Assembly: GCA_963722075.1 (NCBI GenBank)
Contig: CAVRJM010000001.1
Span: 384,001-448,000, forward strand
Source: Candidatus Babeliales bacterium
GTDB taxonomy: Bacteria > Babelota > Babeliae > Babelales > JANWKD01
Length of the DNA stretch: 64,000 bases
Direction of reading: 5' to 3'
Part shown: one piece after another, positions 50,865 through 60,318 of the stretch
Position numbering within the stretch: position 1 is the first letter of the stretch
How the letters are laid out: each line of letters begins with the position of its first letter
Notes under the pieces: generated by a model
The model's input: the letters and a program-made list of their open reading frames with translations, nothing else
Told to the model about the DNA's origin: nothing
Databases searched by the model: none
Made by a program: the position numbers and the translations under genes

Positions 50865-51530
50865 TCATTTAACTAATTCATAAATATGAACAGGAGTGGA
50901 ACTGGACCAGGTCATTGGCAAATTCATCGTAGTTATTAATTTAAAATTTTTGTTATCGGGTAACGATTTTAACGTAATTATTCGTAGGCCCGGTTTTAAA
51001 GTTGCTAATTTCGCAGTAATTTGTTGCATCAATTCTGAAGAAAAACAAGTTGAACACATAAAAAAAATGGTCACCTCATTTAAGTTAACATTAAGGATAT
51101 TATCATTATAAAATTCAAGAATACGGTTGTCTGGTAGCTTTTTATCTTTGCGCAATGCCTCTTTAACAGTGAGCGCCTTATTATACCGTTCTTTAGAAAG
51201 CTCTATGCCGATACTTTTTTTTACTGGCGATGAAAGCAAAAACTGGATAACTAATTTTCCTACACCACATCCAGCGTCAGCAAAAACATCTGTTTTCTTT
51301 GGCTGAAGATAATTAATTAATTTTTCTACTGAATCGCAGGTAATTTCTCCATACGTTGAAGCGCACCCGTTTTTTTTAATATGCTCTTCATCTTCTTTTG
51401 AAATCCCAAAACCGCTAACAGTATTATAGTACTGATCAATAATTTTTTTACATTCAGCAGTGTTATCAAGAGAATAGCTCTTGTTAGCTAGTAAAATCAT
51501 GATGAATATAAAATAGTTATTTGCTTTCAT
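50865..51530 (-). CDS. secreted DOT1-like SAM-dependent methyltransferase
   Basis: TYGEIT, DVFADAGCGVGKLV, IGIELS, FMCSTCF, LKPG.RIIT; signal peptide. Confidence 0.8.
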   Translation of the reverse strand: MKANNYFIFIMILLANKSYSLDNTAECKKIIDQYYNTVSGFGISKEDEEHIKKNGCASTYGEITCDSVEKLINYLQPKKTDVFADAGCGVGKLVIQFLLSSPVKKSIGIELSKERYNKALTVKEALRKDKKLPDNRILEFYNDNILNVNLNEVTIFFMCSTCFSSELMQQITAKLATLKPGLRIITLKSLPDNKNFKLITTMNLPMTWSSSTPVHIYELVK

Positions 51531-51610
51531 AAAATCCCCTTATAAAAAATATATAAATATCCCTTGTATTAATAGTAAAGTGAATTACGAATGTAAATCA
51601 ATGTTATAAA

Positions 51611-53485
51611 ATGTTTAATCATACTATGATACTTAATTTATTTATTCACTGGATCCTTACGTTCCGTCTCCGTTTAATCCAGCCGTCGCTAAAAAAGCTA
51701 TGGCGGAGTAAACAACTTCGCCGGACACGCGCTTGCTATTACGGAATCCGGCGTAGCCTTAGCAAAGTCGGACGCGCGCTCCTCAGGATGACATTCACAG
51801 GTCTTCTTGTCATTCTGATCCGCCATCGCCCAAGGCTAAGGCGCGACAAGGGCCGCCTGCCCCGTCGAAGCTTAACGAAGACGGGTAGGAATCCAGTTAT
51901 AGAACTAATTCCTTATCGAGTTGTATGGATAGTTATATTTGGATTATTGAATTTAGAAAATCCTACTAGAGCCCAACCAAAATCAACATTTCTTTCTTGC
52001 CATGAGTTACAGGAATATCAAAAGCGTAACCCACAGGCGCTGTGGCATATTACTTGTCCCACTACCGGTTTAGTATCAGAAGAAAAAATTAAAACCTCTT
52101 ATGCACCGCATTTATTTAGCTTATGGCAATTAGCCCCTAAAAAAGGTGCTGGTATTACTATTGCATTATTTGATACGGGGGTAGCAGCATTCCAAACGGA
52201 ACATACCTGGTGCAAACGCCATCCACAACTGGTGTTTCCTCAAGATTTAATTAATAACTATTTAAATATAACCAAAACATACGAATTAGAATCGTTAGCT
52301 ACTTATATTGAATCAATAACAGAAATCAATCCTGAAAACACCCAATTAATATCATGGATCAATGAATATTGCATAAACGGTAGTAAAAAACCGATGATAG
52401 ATTTTATTACTATGCACAACAAGCCGCTAAATCTTATTGAATCAATCGTACATGGAAGGCGGGGCATTAAACCGGGGGGTGCCATTCGCTTTTTTTCGCC
52501 AATTGAATTGCAAAATCCATCTGGCAAAGCAATTTTGGAACTATTGCCTATTGCATTTAGCACGCAGCACCATGATATTTATTGTAGCCATGGCACTCAT
52601 ATGTATGGCTTAATTAATGCGCAACCGATATCATCATGCGGTGTGGTTGGTATTGCACCCAATGCGCGTTGCGTTATGTATAAAATAGCTAAAGAAATGG
52701 GAAAAACCGATACCGCATTATTATTAAAAGGACTCAAAGAAGCGCGCGTTATTCAACCCGATATTATTAACTTAAGCTTAAAGATTAACGAAACAAACAA
52801 AGAAACATTAAATGAGCTGGCAGCCCAATTACGGTTTTTTAACTACAGTATTGCAGCCAGCGGCAATGAGCTAGATACTACAAGAAGAAGATCGCTCCCG
52901 TATTCTTTAACACAATTACCAGTTACGTGGACCGTTGGCGCATACGCATATCATGGTAATAGCTATACCGTTGCCCCATTTTCTCAATATCAAAAGGGAA
53001 TGGGACCTCATTTTGTAGCACCAGGTGATGAAATTATTAGTACTGCCGTACGGTACACCAATTATAAACAAGAAAATGGCTATCTATGCATGAGTGGGAC
53101 ATCGATGGCAGCAGCACTCATGTCGGGGTTTTTGGCGCTTATTTTGGCAGAATTTCAACATGATTTTACTAAAGAACAAATTTTACAGGTATGTATGTAC
53201 GCAGCGATCAAATTGGGCCGAACACCTGAATGGTTTGACAGTTCATTATATGGCGTTGTTGATATGCGAACGGCATTATTTATGCTTTGGGTTGCTCGAG
53301 CCATCAAAGAAAAGAAGATTGTTAATTATGATTTTGAAAAAAATTTTAACCATATTATAACCGTTATCAAACAATGCTTGAAAGATCAAAAATGGGCCTT
53401 AAAGAATAAAAAACCAAATTTAAGTATAATTATTAACTATTATGCTAATAAGGTAATAGATGAACTTCAACAAGAGCAAGAATAA
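51611..53485 (+). CDS. S8 (subtilisin-like) serine protease with repeat-derived N-terminal insertion; start uncertain
   Basis: LFDTG, SHGTH, AASGN, SGTSMA catalytic motifs. Confidence 0.88.
   Translation: MFNHTMILNLFIHWILTFRLRLIQPSLKKLWRSKQLRRTRACYYGIRRSLSKVGRALLRMTFTGLLVILIRHRPRLRRDKGRLPRRSLTKTGRNPVIELIPYRVVWIVIFGLLNLENPTRAQPKSTFLSCHELQEYQKRNPQALWHITCPTTGLVSEEKIKTSYAPHLFSLWQLAPKKGAGITIALFDTGVAAFQTEHTWCKRHPQLVFPQDLINNYLNITKTYELESLATYIESITEINPENTQLISWINEYCINGSKKPMIDFITMHNKPLNLIESIVHGRRGIKPGGAIRFFSPIELQNPSGKAILELLPIAFSTQHHDIYCSHGTHMYGLINAQPISSCGVVGIAPNARCVMYKIAKEMGKTDTALLLKGLKEARVIQPDIINLSLKINETNKETLNELAAQLRFFNYSIAASGNELDTTRRRSLPYSLTQLPVTWTVGAYAYHGNSYTVAPFSQYQKGMGPHFVAPGDEIISTAVRYTNYKQENGYLCMSGTSMAAALMSGFLALILAEFQHDFTKEQILQVCMYAAIKLGRTPEWFDSSLYGVVDMRTALFMLWVARAIKEKKIVNYDFEKNFNHIITVIKQCLKDQKWALKNKKPNLSIIINYYANKVIDELQQEQE
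51648..51897. repeat. composite palindromic element, multiply nested, in frame in the S8 ORF
   Basis: ACTGGAT...CAGGATGACA/TGTCATTCTG...ATCCAGT; left half matches the reverse complement of 16134-16241. Confidence 0.88.
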
Positions 53486-53531
53486 AAATTATTTCCGTTG
53501 AATATATACTATTGTTTTAACATAATATGCA

Positions 53532-54038
53532 TTATCGGTTTAATAAATTATTATTCCTTTGCTGACTCCATAAGCAACATAACGTAACGGCTAACGCATC
53601 AGTAACATCTTTTTTATCCGGGGCATTAAGTAATGGAAATAGTCTCATAACAACGCGCGCTACTTGATCTTTATCGGCACCACCAAATCCCGTTACTGAT
53701 AATTTAATTTCTCGGGGAGCAAATTCTGATAAATTCAATTGATAGGTATCTGCTAATAAATAAACAATACCGCGTAAATAGCCAAGTTTTAAAAAATTTT
53801 GTGCATTTTTGCCCAAAAACGGTGTTTCTAATGCTATAGTTGTTATTTGTAATAATTGAATCTTCTGGGTAAAAAATCTATGAAAAATTCCTATGCGCTC
53901 GGGAATTGGTTTTGTTGATGACATTTTTAAATATCCATAATCAATAAGCTGCGCTTGGTGGCCCTCTTTTTTTAATATTCCATATCCCGTTACAGATAAT
54001 CCCGGATCAATGCCTAAAATTATGGTTTTATTGTTCAT
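53532..54038 (-). CDS. ruvC: Holliday junction resolvase RuvC
   Basis: ILGIDPG, ALE, GFGGADK, DVTDALAV. Confidence 0.96.
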   Translation of the reverse strand: MNNKTIILGIDPGLSVTGYGILKKEGHQAQLIDYGYLKMSSTKPIPERIGIFHRFFTQKIQLLQITTIALETPFLGKNAQNFLKLGYLRGIVYLLADTYQLNLSEFAPREIKLSVTGFGGADKDQVARVVMRLFPLLNAPDKKDVTDALAVTLCCLWSQQRNNNLLNR

Positions 54039-54100
54039 AATTAAAATCTTGTTTTTTTCATTTCTATTCGTTTACTATCAATTACATAAAAAACAGGTAT

Positions 54101-54949
54101 ATGCAAGGGAAAAAAATGAAAAATATGAGAAATATTTTTTACTTATTATTTATTTTTTCTTCTTTAAAAGGCTCCTTGCTTGAAGATAATTTAAATAGTT
54201 TAAAGGAAAAGCTTTCTTCATTACATACTTATTTAACCGGAGAAAGAACGACCATATCCTCTTCTGGCCAACACAATATAATTATTCTTGCATACGATAA
54301 TTTAATAGAGTTTGCTCAGGAGTTAGTTGCCAGTAAATTTAGGCCAACTCCCAATATCAATTTTTCATTTAATTATGATGCCCTACCCCTTGAAAATAGT
54401 AAGTCGCGCTTTGTAGCACCAACTATTGCTCAAGAGAAAACCAACGAAAATAAAAATCTATGGTACGCTATCAGTAAATATACCTCATTTGATGAGGCAT
54501 ACCAGGCATTAGAACAACAACTGGCTGGAAACCAGACTGGTGATTTTTATGATATTCGTGAGATTCGCTGGCTAAGAAAAATCAAACCAGGAGAAAAAAC
54601 GCCAGATGAGCGGCTCGTTAGTTTTGGCATGTTACCACATAACGATTGGGTTGAAAAATTACCAGATCCTGCTGGCACAACACTTTCCATAGAGAAGATT
54701 GATCAACTTATTAATTTTGCGCAATCACATAATGCGGATATAATTTTTTGGCTTTCATATTGGCCGCGAACATTACCGGAAGAAGCGCTCAATAAACTAT
54801 TACAGGATGACACCTTATATAATAATACAAAAAAATATATTCAAATGTTGCCAAGTCAAATAAGTAAAGGTTTTTTTGAAAATGCTGTTCTAAGCGGTAA
54901 ACAAGCTATAGAAGAACTTCAATCTGCCATGAGAAAAAGGAAAATGTAA
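54101..54949 (+). CDS. hypothetical secreted protein with N-terminal LED..L leucine-heptad module
   Basis: Signal peptide then LEDNLNSLKEKLSSLHTYL. Confidence 0.75.
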   Translation: MQGKKMKNMRNIFYLLFIFSSLKGSLLEDNLNSLKEKLSSLHTYLTGERTTISSSGQHNIIILAYDNLIEFAQELVASKFRPTPNINFSFNYDALPLENSKSRFVAPTIAQEKTNENKNLWYAISKYTSFDEAYQALEQQLAGNQTGDFYDIREIRWLRKIKPGEKTPDERLVSFGMLPHNDWVEKLPDPAGTTLSIEKIDQLINFAQSHNADIIFWLSYWPRTLPEEALNKLLQDDTLYNNTKKYIQMLPSQISKGFFENAVLSGKQAIEELQSAMRKRKM

Positions 54950-55650
54950 TGAAGAAAATCATTTTATTATTATTAATTATTAGTCATCAATTATTATATA
55001 GTGTTGGACTTGAAGATTTATTAAGAGACTTGAACAACAAACTCAAAGCATTACAAATTAACTTAACCAAGCCAGGAATGATGCAAGCTCCTTTCTTTGA
55101 AAGTGTTCAAGGCTCATTACCTCAACCATCGCAACAACCAAAAGAGCGGCGTGAAAGACAAAGAAAAGGATTTATGACGAAGCTTGCTCCTGAATTATTG
55201 TATCAAGCACAACCGATTCAAGTTGCTTCAAATCTTGTCGAAGGAAGATCCGGAAAAACAGAACAGTACCTTTTAAATAAATTAAATGTAATTTCAGGTT
55301 ATGATTTACAGCCATTGAAAGATCCAATGAATCCTGCAAAAATAGGTTTTTGGATAGATTATGTTACGGCTCGTGCTTTTATTGCTGATGTACAAAAAGA
55401 AGCAAAAGATTTTTATAATAATATTGAAAATTTATTTTATATTTATATCGTTACTGAGTCAAATGTTCAATATCCACTTATTGAGGATGAGCAAAGTGGT
55501 TTCTTTGCCTATCCCATATTAATAAGATTGCATGGAAATGATGATCCAGAACAGTTCATTTCTCAAGAAGGTAAGAATAATATTGAACGAATTCGCCAAC
55601 GTATACAGAAAATACAGTCAGAAGTACGGCCTGGATTTTATGAAATATAG
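54949..55650 (+). CDS. hypothetical secreted protein with N-terminal LED..L leucine-heptad module
   Basis: Signal peptide then LEDLLRDLNNKLKALQINL; coupled to upstream stop (TAATG). Confidence 0.75.
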   Translation: MKKIILLLLIISHQLLYSVGLEDLLRDLNNKLKALQINLTKPGMMQAPFFESVQGSLPQPSQQPKERRERQRKGFMTKLAPELLYQAQPIQVASNLVEGRSGKTEQYLLNKLNVISGYDLQPLKDPMNPAKIGFWIDYVTARAFIADVQKEAKDFYNNIENLFYIYIVTESNVQYPLIEDEQSGFFAYPILIRLHGNDDPEQFISQEGKNNIERIRQRIQKIQSEVRPGFYEI

Positions 55651-55653
55651 TTA

Positions 55654-57036
55654 TTATTCTTCATAATCGGTATCTTCAAAACGCACAATATCGCGCACAT
55701 AATTAAGAAATACGGTACCCGTTGGCCCATTACGTTGCTTACCTACAATAAGCTCAGTAAGTGATGGGTTTTCTGTTTCGGGATTGTATACTACATCTCG
55801 GTAGACAAACATAATGAGATCGGCATCTTGTTCAATTGCTCCCGATTCACGCAAGTCTGATAGCATAGGGCGTTTATCCATGCGGCTATCAACGGCACGG
55901 GATAATTGTGAAAGTGCAATAACGGGAATATTAAGTTCTTTTGCAAGCGCTTTAAGTGAGCGCGATATTTCTGAAACTTCCTGATGACGATTTTCATGCT
56001 TACGATTAGAATGTAACAATTGTAAGTAATCAATAATAAGAAAATCTAATTTATGCTCCGCTTTTAATTTGCGTGCTTTGGTACGCAAATCCATCACCGT
56101 TACCATGGCCGTGTCATCAATAAAGAGATTCAAATTAGAAAGCTGTCCGGCAACATTAGTAAGTTCAAACCATTCGTCAGAGCTTATGGTTGCATTTCTA
56201 ATATTATGGTGTGCAATGGTGGTTTGCATGGATAGAAGTCGTAGAGTAAGTTGCTCGGCGGCCATTTCTAATGAAAAAAAGCCAACGGTATATCCTTGGG
56301 AGGCTGCCGTTATTGCAAAATTTAGTGATAACGCTGTTTTTCCCATGGAAGGACGTGCTGCAACAACAATAAGGTCGCCGTTTTGAAATCCCGATGTCAT
56401 GGTATCTAATTTTTTATATCCAGAGGTGATCCCCGTAATGCCCTTTATTTGACTTTTAATATCCGATAAATGTTGGAACGTTTTTTTAAGCCATATATTG
56501 AGTTGTACAAACGTTTGCTGTGATCGCTTATTAGAAATTTGAAAAATAGTTTTCTCTGCTAAATCTAATACTGCTTCTATCTCTTTTTCATTTTGATCAT
56601 AGCAATTGGTAATAATTTGAGCGGCAGAATGAATAAGTTCACGTAATATTGCTTTTTCTTTAATAATTTGGGCATGTTGCCCAATAAGGCCAACCGAAGG
56701 AATATCTTCTTGTAAAGAAATCAAATAGGTAATACCGCCTATTTCTTGTAAATGTCCTTTTTTATCAAGCTCATCCTGGAGCGTAATAAGATCTAATTTT
56801 TTAAAACTTTGAGTAAGTTCAAGTGCTGTTTTAAAAATAACTTTATGATGAACATTATAAAAATCATCAGGAATCAAAATCTCAGCAATTTGATTTATCG
56901 ATTCATCATTGAGTAAAAGAGCACTCAATACTGCCCGTTCAGCTTGTTCACTAAAGGGAAGTCGCTGTCCAATAACTTTCTGTATTTGTTCTTCTTTAAC
57001 GCGTTGGGCATAAGATGCATGGGTGTCCTTACTCAT
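55654..57036 (-). CDS. dnaB: replicative DNA helicase
   Basis: AERAVL, AARPSMGKT, IDYLQL, SDLRESGAIEQDAD, KQRNGP. Confidence 0.98.
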   Translation of the reverse strand: MSKDTHASYAQRVKEEQIQKVIGQRLPFSEQAERAVLSALLLNDESINQIAEILIPDDFYNVHHKVIFKTALELTQSFKKLDLITLQDELDKKGHLQEIGGITYLISLQEDIPSVGLIGQHAQIIKEKAILRELIHSAAQIITNCYDQNEKEIEAVLDLAEKTIFQISNKRSQQTFVQLNIWLKKTFQHLSDIKSQIKGITGITSGYKKLDTMTSGFQNGDLIVVAARPSMGKTALSLNFAITAASQGYTVGFFSLEMAAEQLTLRLLSMQTTIAHHNIRNATISSDEWFELTNVAGQLSNLNLFIDDTAMVTVMDLRTKARKLKAEHKLDFLIIDYLQLLHSNRKHENRHQEVSEISRSLKALAKELNIPVIALSQLSRAVDSRMDKRPMLSDLRESGAIEQDADLIMFVYRDVVYNPETENPSLTELIVGKQRNGPTGTVFLNYVRDIVRFEDTDYEE

Positions 57037-57061
57037 TGATGAACCTATATAGTGATGTTTT

Positions 57062-57508
57062 TTATTCTGAAATAACTTTTAATTTTAAAACGGGTTGTAA
57101 GCGAGAAGAAAGTTTAATGGTCACCTCATAGGTGCCAACTGTTTTAATAGACTTATCAAAATGTACCTGACTTTTGGAAATGGAAATCTTTTTTTCTTTT
57201 GCTAATAAATCAACCACTTCAGCAGGCGCTATTGAAGCATAGAGTCTTCCATTATCATGAGTACGTTTCTTTAAGGTTAGGTTTGTTTTTTTTATATCCT
57301 CAGCAAGCATGGAGGTTACCGTCGCAATAACTTCTTTTCGTTGCTCAACTTGTTTAATTTTACCCGCATAAAATTGTTCATTTTGAGGGGTAACTTGAAC
57401 GGCAAGCTTATTAGGAAAGAGGAAATTTTGTGCATAGCCATCAGCTACTTTTAAAATTTCACCCGCTAAACCGATACGCTCGATATTTTTTAATAGATAC
57501 ACTTTCAT
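57062..57508 (-). CDS. rplI: 50S ribosomal protein L9
   Basis: MKVYLL, VADGYAQNFLFP, GRLYASI, IKTVG. Confidence 0.96.
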   Translation of the reverse strand: MKVYLLKNIERIGLAGEILKVADGYAQNFLFPNKLAVQVTPQNEQFYAGKIKQVEQRKEVIATVTSMLAEDIKKTNLTLKKRTHDNGRLYASIAPAEVVDLLAKEKKISISKSQVHFDKSIKTVGTYEVTIKLSSRLQPVLKLKVISE

Positions 57509-57577
57509 AAGATTCTTTCGTAAAAAAACTGTTATTAAAATTATAGCCTAAAAAAAAGGCCTTGAAAATGCGTATTA

Positions 57578-58891
57578 TTATCTTACGCTTGGTAACAGGT
57601 ACTCGTACCCCTGTGGATCAATATATGAATTATACTGATAACTACAATAAAGAAGCTTACTTTTGCCTTGGATTGCTTCGATAATACCATATAAATACAT
57701 AAGGCGTGCAATCCAAGACCCATAAAACCAGGAATCGTTAATTATGCATACGGATATGGTATCTGAAGGAAGTCGTTCTTTTTTAAAAAAAAGCTCAGAG
57801 CAAATAAGCGGATTAGAACCAATAGTATCATCAAAAGTAACCTTATCACTGCTCGCGGCCGTAAAAGGACCACTTTCTTTAAAAAAAAGTTCCCTTGCCC
57901 ATTCATTTGTTAAGAATAAATTAGGCACCCGCTCCGTAAAAAAAAGCGGTTGCTGCTTATCATAATAATGATAAATCTCCCCTTTTTTTATATAATATAA
58001 GGTATTGTAAATATGTTTTCCTTCTTTGCGGTGGCTACCAATAATGATATCGCAAACCCCTTCTACATCCCACATGCCTGCATAGCGGCCCATGGTATTC
58101 AATGGATAGGGAAACATTGATTCTGGCATAATGATAGTCTGTACTAATGGATGATTATTTTTGAGCGTTATCAGCAATTGCATAATTTTTTCAGCCTGAT
58201 CAGCCGCCGGATTAATAGAACTCATAGCAGAAACACAGCCCACTTTTTGAGTAATATCCGGCAATTCTGTTTTGCGATTTCTTGAAAAAAAGAGCGATAC
58301 CATGAGAAAAAAACTGAGTAACGGATACGAATATCTTCCTTTCATGTGTTTATTCATTAAAAAACATAATGCTGACAACAAAATAACACATAAAAGAGCG
58401 CCATTTTTCCCGAGTAATAACAGTATTAACCGCCACAGTTCTCTCATACTTAAGGGTATAACTGGATTAATAATAGGTATCCCTGCCCTTTCTCCGATAA
58501 TCCAAAAAAAATAGTGCTCCATGAATAGCCAATAACCAAAGGTAACCGCTATTGCTAATAAGGTAGAATATAAAGCTTTTGATAGTGCCTTGCTGCTTTC
58601 AAGCAAGAAGAACCAAGTACCGCTTATTAATGCGGTATATAGTATAATAAAACTAAGCGCATACCAGCGACCTATGCCAAAACCGCGATACCAGATAATT
58701 AAGTAGAAATCCGAGAGTATACAGGAATAAAATTGGATACCCCAAACGCAGCCCATTTTAAAGGTAAGTGGCGCTTGTGCTAATGCAAAAAAAAGTAGCG
58801 CAAAAGAAAGAATAATAGCTTCAGCGCCGTATGAAGGAACCATATAGGCAAGAGCTGCAAGCAAAGCAGAACTGCTAACTGCCAACAACAT
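57578..58891 (-). CDS. lnt: apolipoprotein N-acyltransferase-like protein
   Basis: Multi-TM N-terminus; nitrilase triad MPES, YDK, LICSE; NDSWF. Confidence 0.8.
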   Translation of the reverse strand: MLLAVSSSALLAALAYMVPSYGAEAIILSFALLFFALAQAPLTFKMGCVWGIQFYSCILSDFYLIIWYRGFGIGRWYALSFIILYTALISGTWFFLLESSKALSKALYSTLLAIAVTFGYWLFMEHYFFWIIGERAGIPIINPVIPLSMRELWRLILLLLGKNGALLCVILLSALCFLMNKHMKGRYSYPLLSFFLMVSLFFSRNRKTELPDITQKVGCVSAMSSINPAADQAEKIMQLLITLKNNHPLVQTIIMPESMFPYPLNTMGRYAGMWDVEGVCDIIIGSHRKEGKHIYNTLYYIKKGEIYHYYDKQQPLFFTERVPNLFLTNEWARELFFKESGPFTAASSDKVTFDDTIGSNPLICSELFFKKERLPSDTISVCIINDSWFYGSWIARLMYLYGIIEAIQGKSKLLYCSYQYNSYIDPQGYEYLLPSVR

Positions 58892-59315
58892 AATCGCTAA
58901 TTTTATAGTCTACAACACCTTCTTTGAATTCGCGTATTAGACTGCAAGAATGTATATATGGATATGGTGTTCGCATGGTTATCTTAATTATAATGGTTGT
59001 ATCATTTTTGGAAGTAAACAACACCGTACCCTTATACGTTTTATGCTGTACTACCCAACCGGGTAATTCAAATGAGAGATTCTTTTTATAATTCTCTTTA
59101 TAATAGTGAATCATTTCAAAATTATTTTTACATAAATCCAGCGCCCAAACAAGCAATGCATTGCTTGTTTGATATTGTTGATCCTGCTCCTGTTTTTTAA
59201 TAACCAAATCATGACTCGTTATAGTCAATTGCCAGCATAATAGACAAAAAATCATACAGATACTCGTAAGTAAGACCATAGTTAATAAAGCTGAACCATC
59301 TTTATATAGCATCAT
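58875..59315 (-). CDS. pseudopilin-like protein (GspK/PilX/ComGG type)
   Basis: KDG-SALLTMVLL class III leader lacking E5; last of three coupled pilin-like genes. Confidence 0.65.
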   Translation of the reverse strand: MMLYKDGSALLTMVLLTSICMIFCLLCWQLTITSHDLVIKKQEQDQQYQTSNALLVWALDLCKNNFEMIHYYKENYKKNLSFELPGWVVQHKTYKGTVLFTSKNDTTIIIKITMRTPYPYIHSCSLIREFKEGVVDYKISDYVVGS

Positions 59316-59935
59316 AAATACCTATTATTAAAACAGATAGTTTGTTCAGCGCTAAATGGTGATGATAAGCCTACATCAACGGTTATTGAATTAGTAATTA
59401 AGGTAAGCATATGCTTAGATGCATTATAGTGATAATGAAAAGTAAGTGATTGAATATCATCAATAATAATATTGGTACGCTTAGAGCCCCATACGTGCTG
59501 ATGCGGGAAATAGGTTCCTGTTATATATACCAGCTTATTGTCTTGGATTGTGATACAATAATCTTTATTCTGCTTAGATGAGTGCCATAAAACACAATTT
59601 TTTTCCAATTTGTGCCACTGCTTTTTATCAGCATCAGCATTCTCAAGCTCATAACGGATGGTATTCAGCGCGTTTAAACACATAAGTTCTTTTTGTACCT
59701 GCTTACTTTCTTTTTTTAAACCGCCTATTATTTGCATTACTGCCTGCATAAAAAAAATTGATACTATACCAAAAATAGTTAAGTAAATCATGAATTCAAT
59801 GATAAAAAAACCATTATGAATGATTTTATTAATGGATGGCCGCGCAAGCTCGCCATGACAACTTTCATTTCGATTGTCATTCCGAACGTAGTGTGGGAAT
59901 CCATTAAATAATTCTCCTCTTTTCTTAAGCCTCAT
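59312..59935 (-). CDS. prepilin-type protein (GspJ/PilW/ComGF-like) with repeat in leader
   Basis: NG-FFIIEFMIYL; ATGA overlap with upstream gene. Confidence 0.75.
   Translation of the reverse strand: MRLKKRGELFNGFPHYVRNDNRNESCHGELARPSINKIIHNGFFIIEFMIYLTIFGIVSIFFMQAVMQIIGGLKKESKQVQKELMCLNALNTIRYELENADADKKQWHKLEKNCVLWHSSKQNKDYCITIQDNKLVYITGTYFPHQHVWGSKRTNIIIDDIQSLTFHYHYNASKHMLTLITNSITVDVGLSSPFSAEQTICFNNRYL
59829..59907. repeat. simple (un-nested) palindromic dyad element, in frame
   Basis: TTAATGGAT...ATGACAA / TTGTCAT...ATCCATTAA. Confidence 0.8.
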
Positions 59936-60318
59936 ATAATAATTCCTGCTGTTGTTGATAGTGAACGTTGTTCCTTATGCCAACCAAGCCAGGATACGGT
60001 AAGATGTAAACACCGCGCTTTGCTTACTAAGGGGGGATTTGTTATCGGCACATCAAACGGAAATGGTTCATTTGACCACCGTATTATACCATCAGGATGG
60101 GTATATTGCTGTTTGTTTAGAATTTCTGGCTGGTAAATAATGGTGCTCATAAATGAATTAATGAGCATTAACGCTTTATAGCGATGTATAGCTTCATAAT
60201 TTATTCTAATAATATGCATTTGATAGAGCTGCATAATATAGATAAAAACCAAAAATAAAAGAAGTCCTATTAAGAGTTCTATTAATAAAAACCCTTGCCT
60301 TAAATTCTTTTTAGCCAT
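59932..60318 (-). CDS. prepilin-type protein (GspI/PilV/ComGE-like)
   Basis: RQG-FLLIELLIGL; LTVSW near the C-terminus. Confidence 0.8.
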   Translation of the reverse strand: MAKKNLRQGFLLIELLIGLLLFLVFIYIMQLYQMHIIRINYEAIHRYKALMLINSFMSTIIYQPEILNKQQYTHPDGIIRWSNEPFPFDVPITNPPLVSKARCLHLTVSWLGWHKEQRSLSTTAGIII

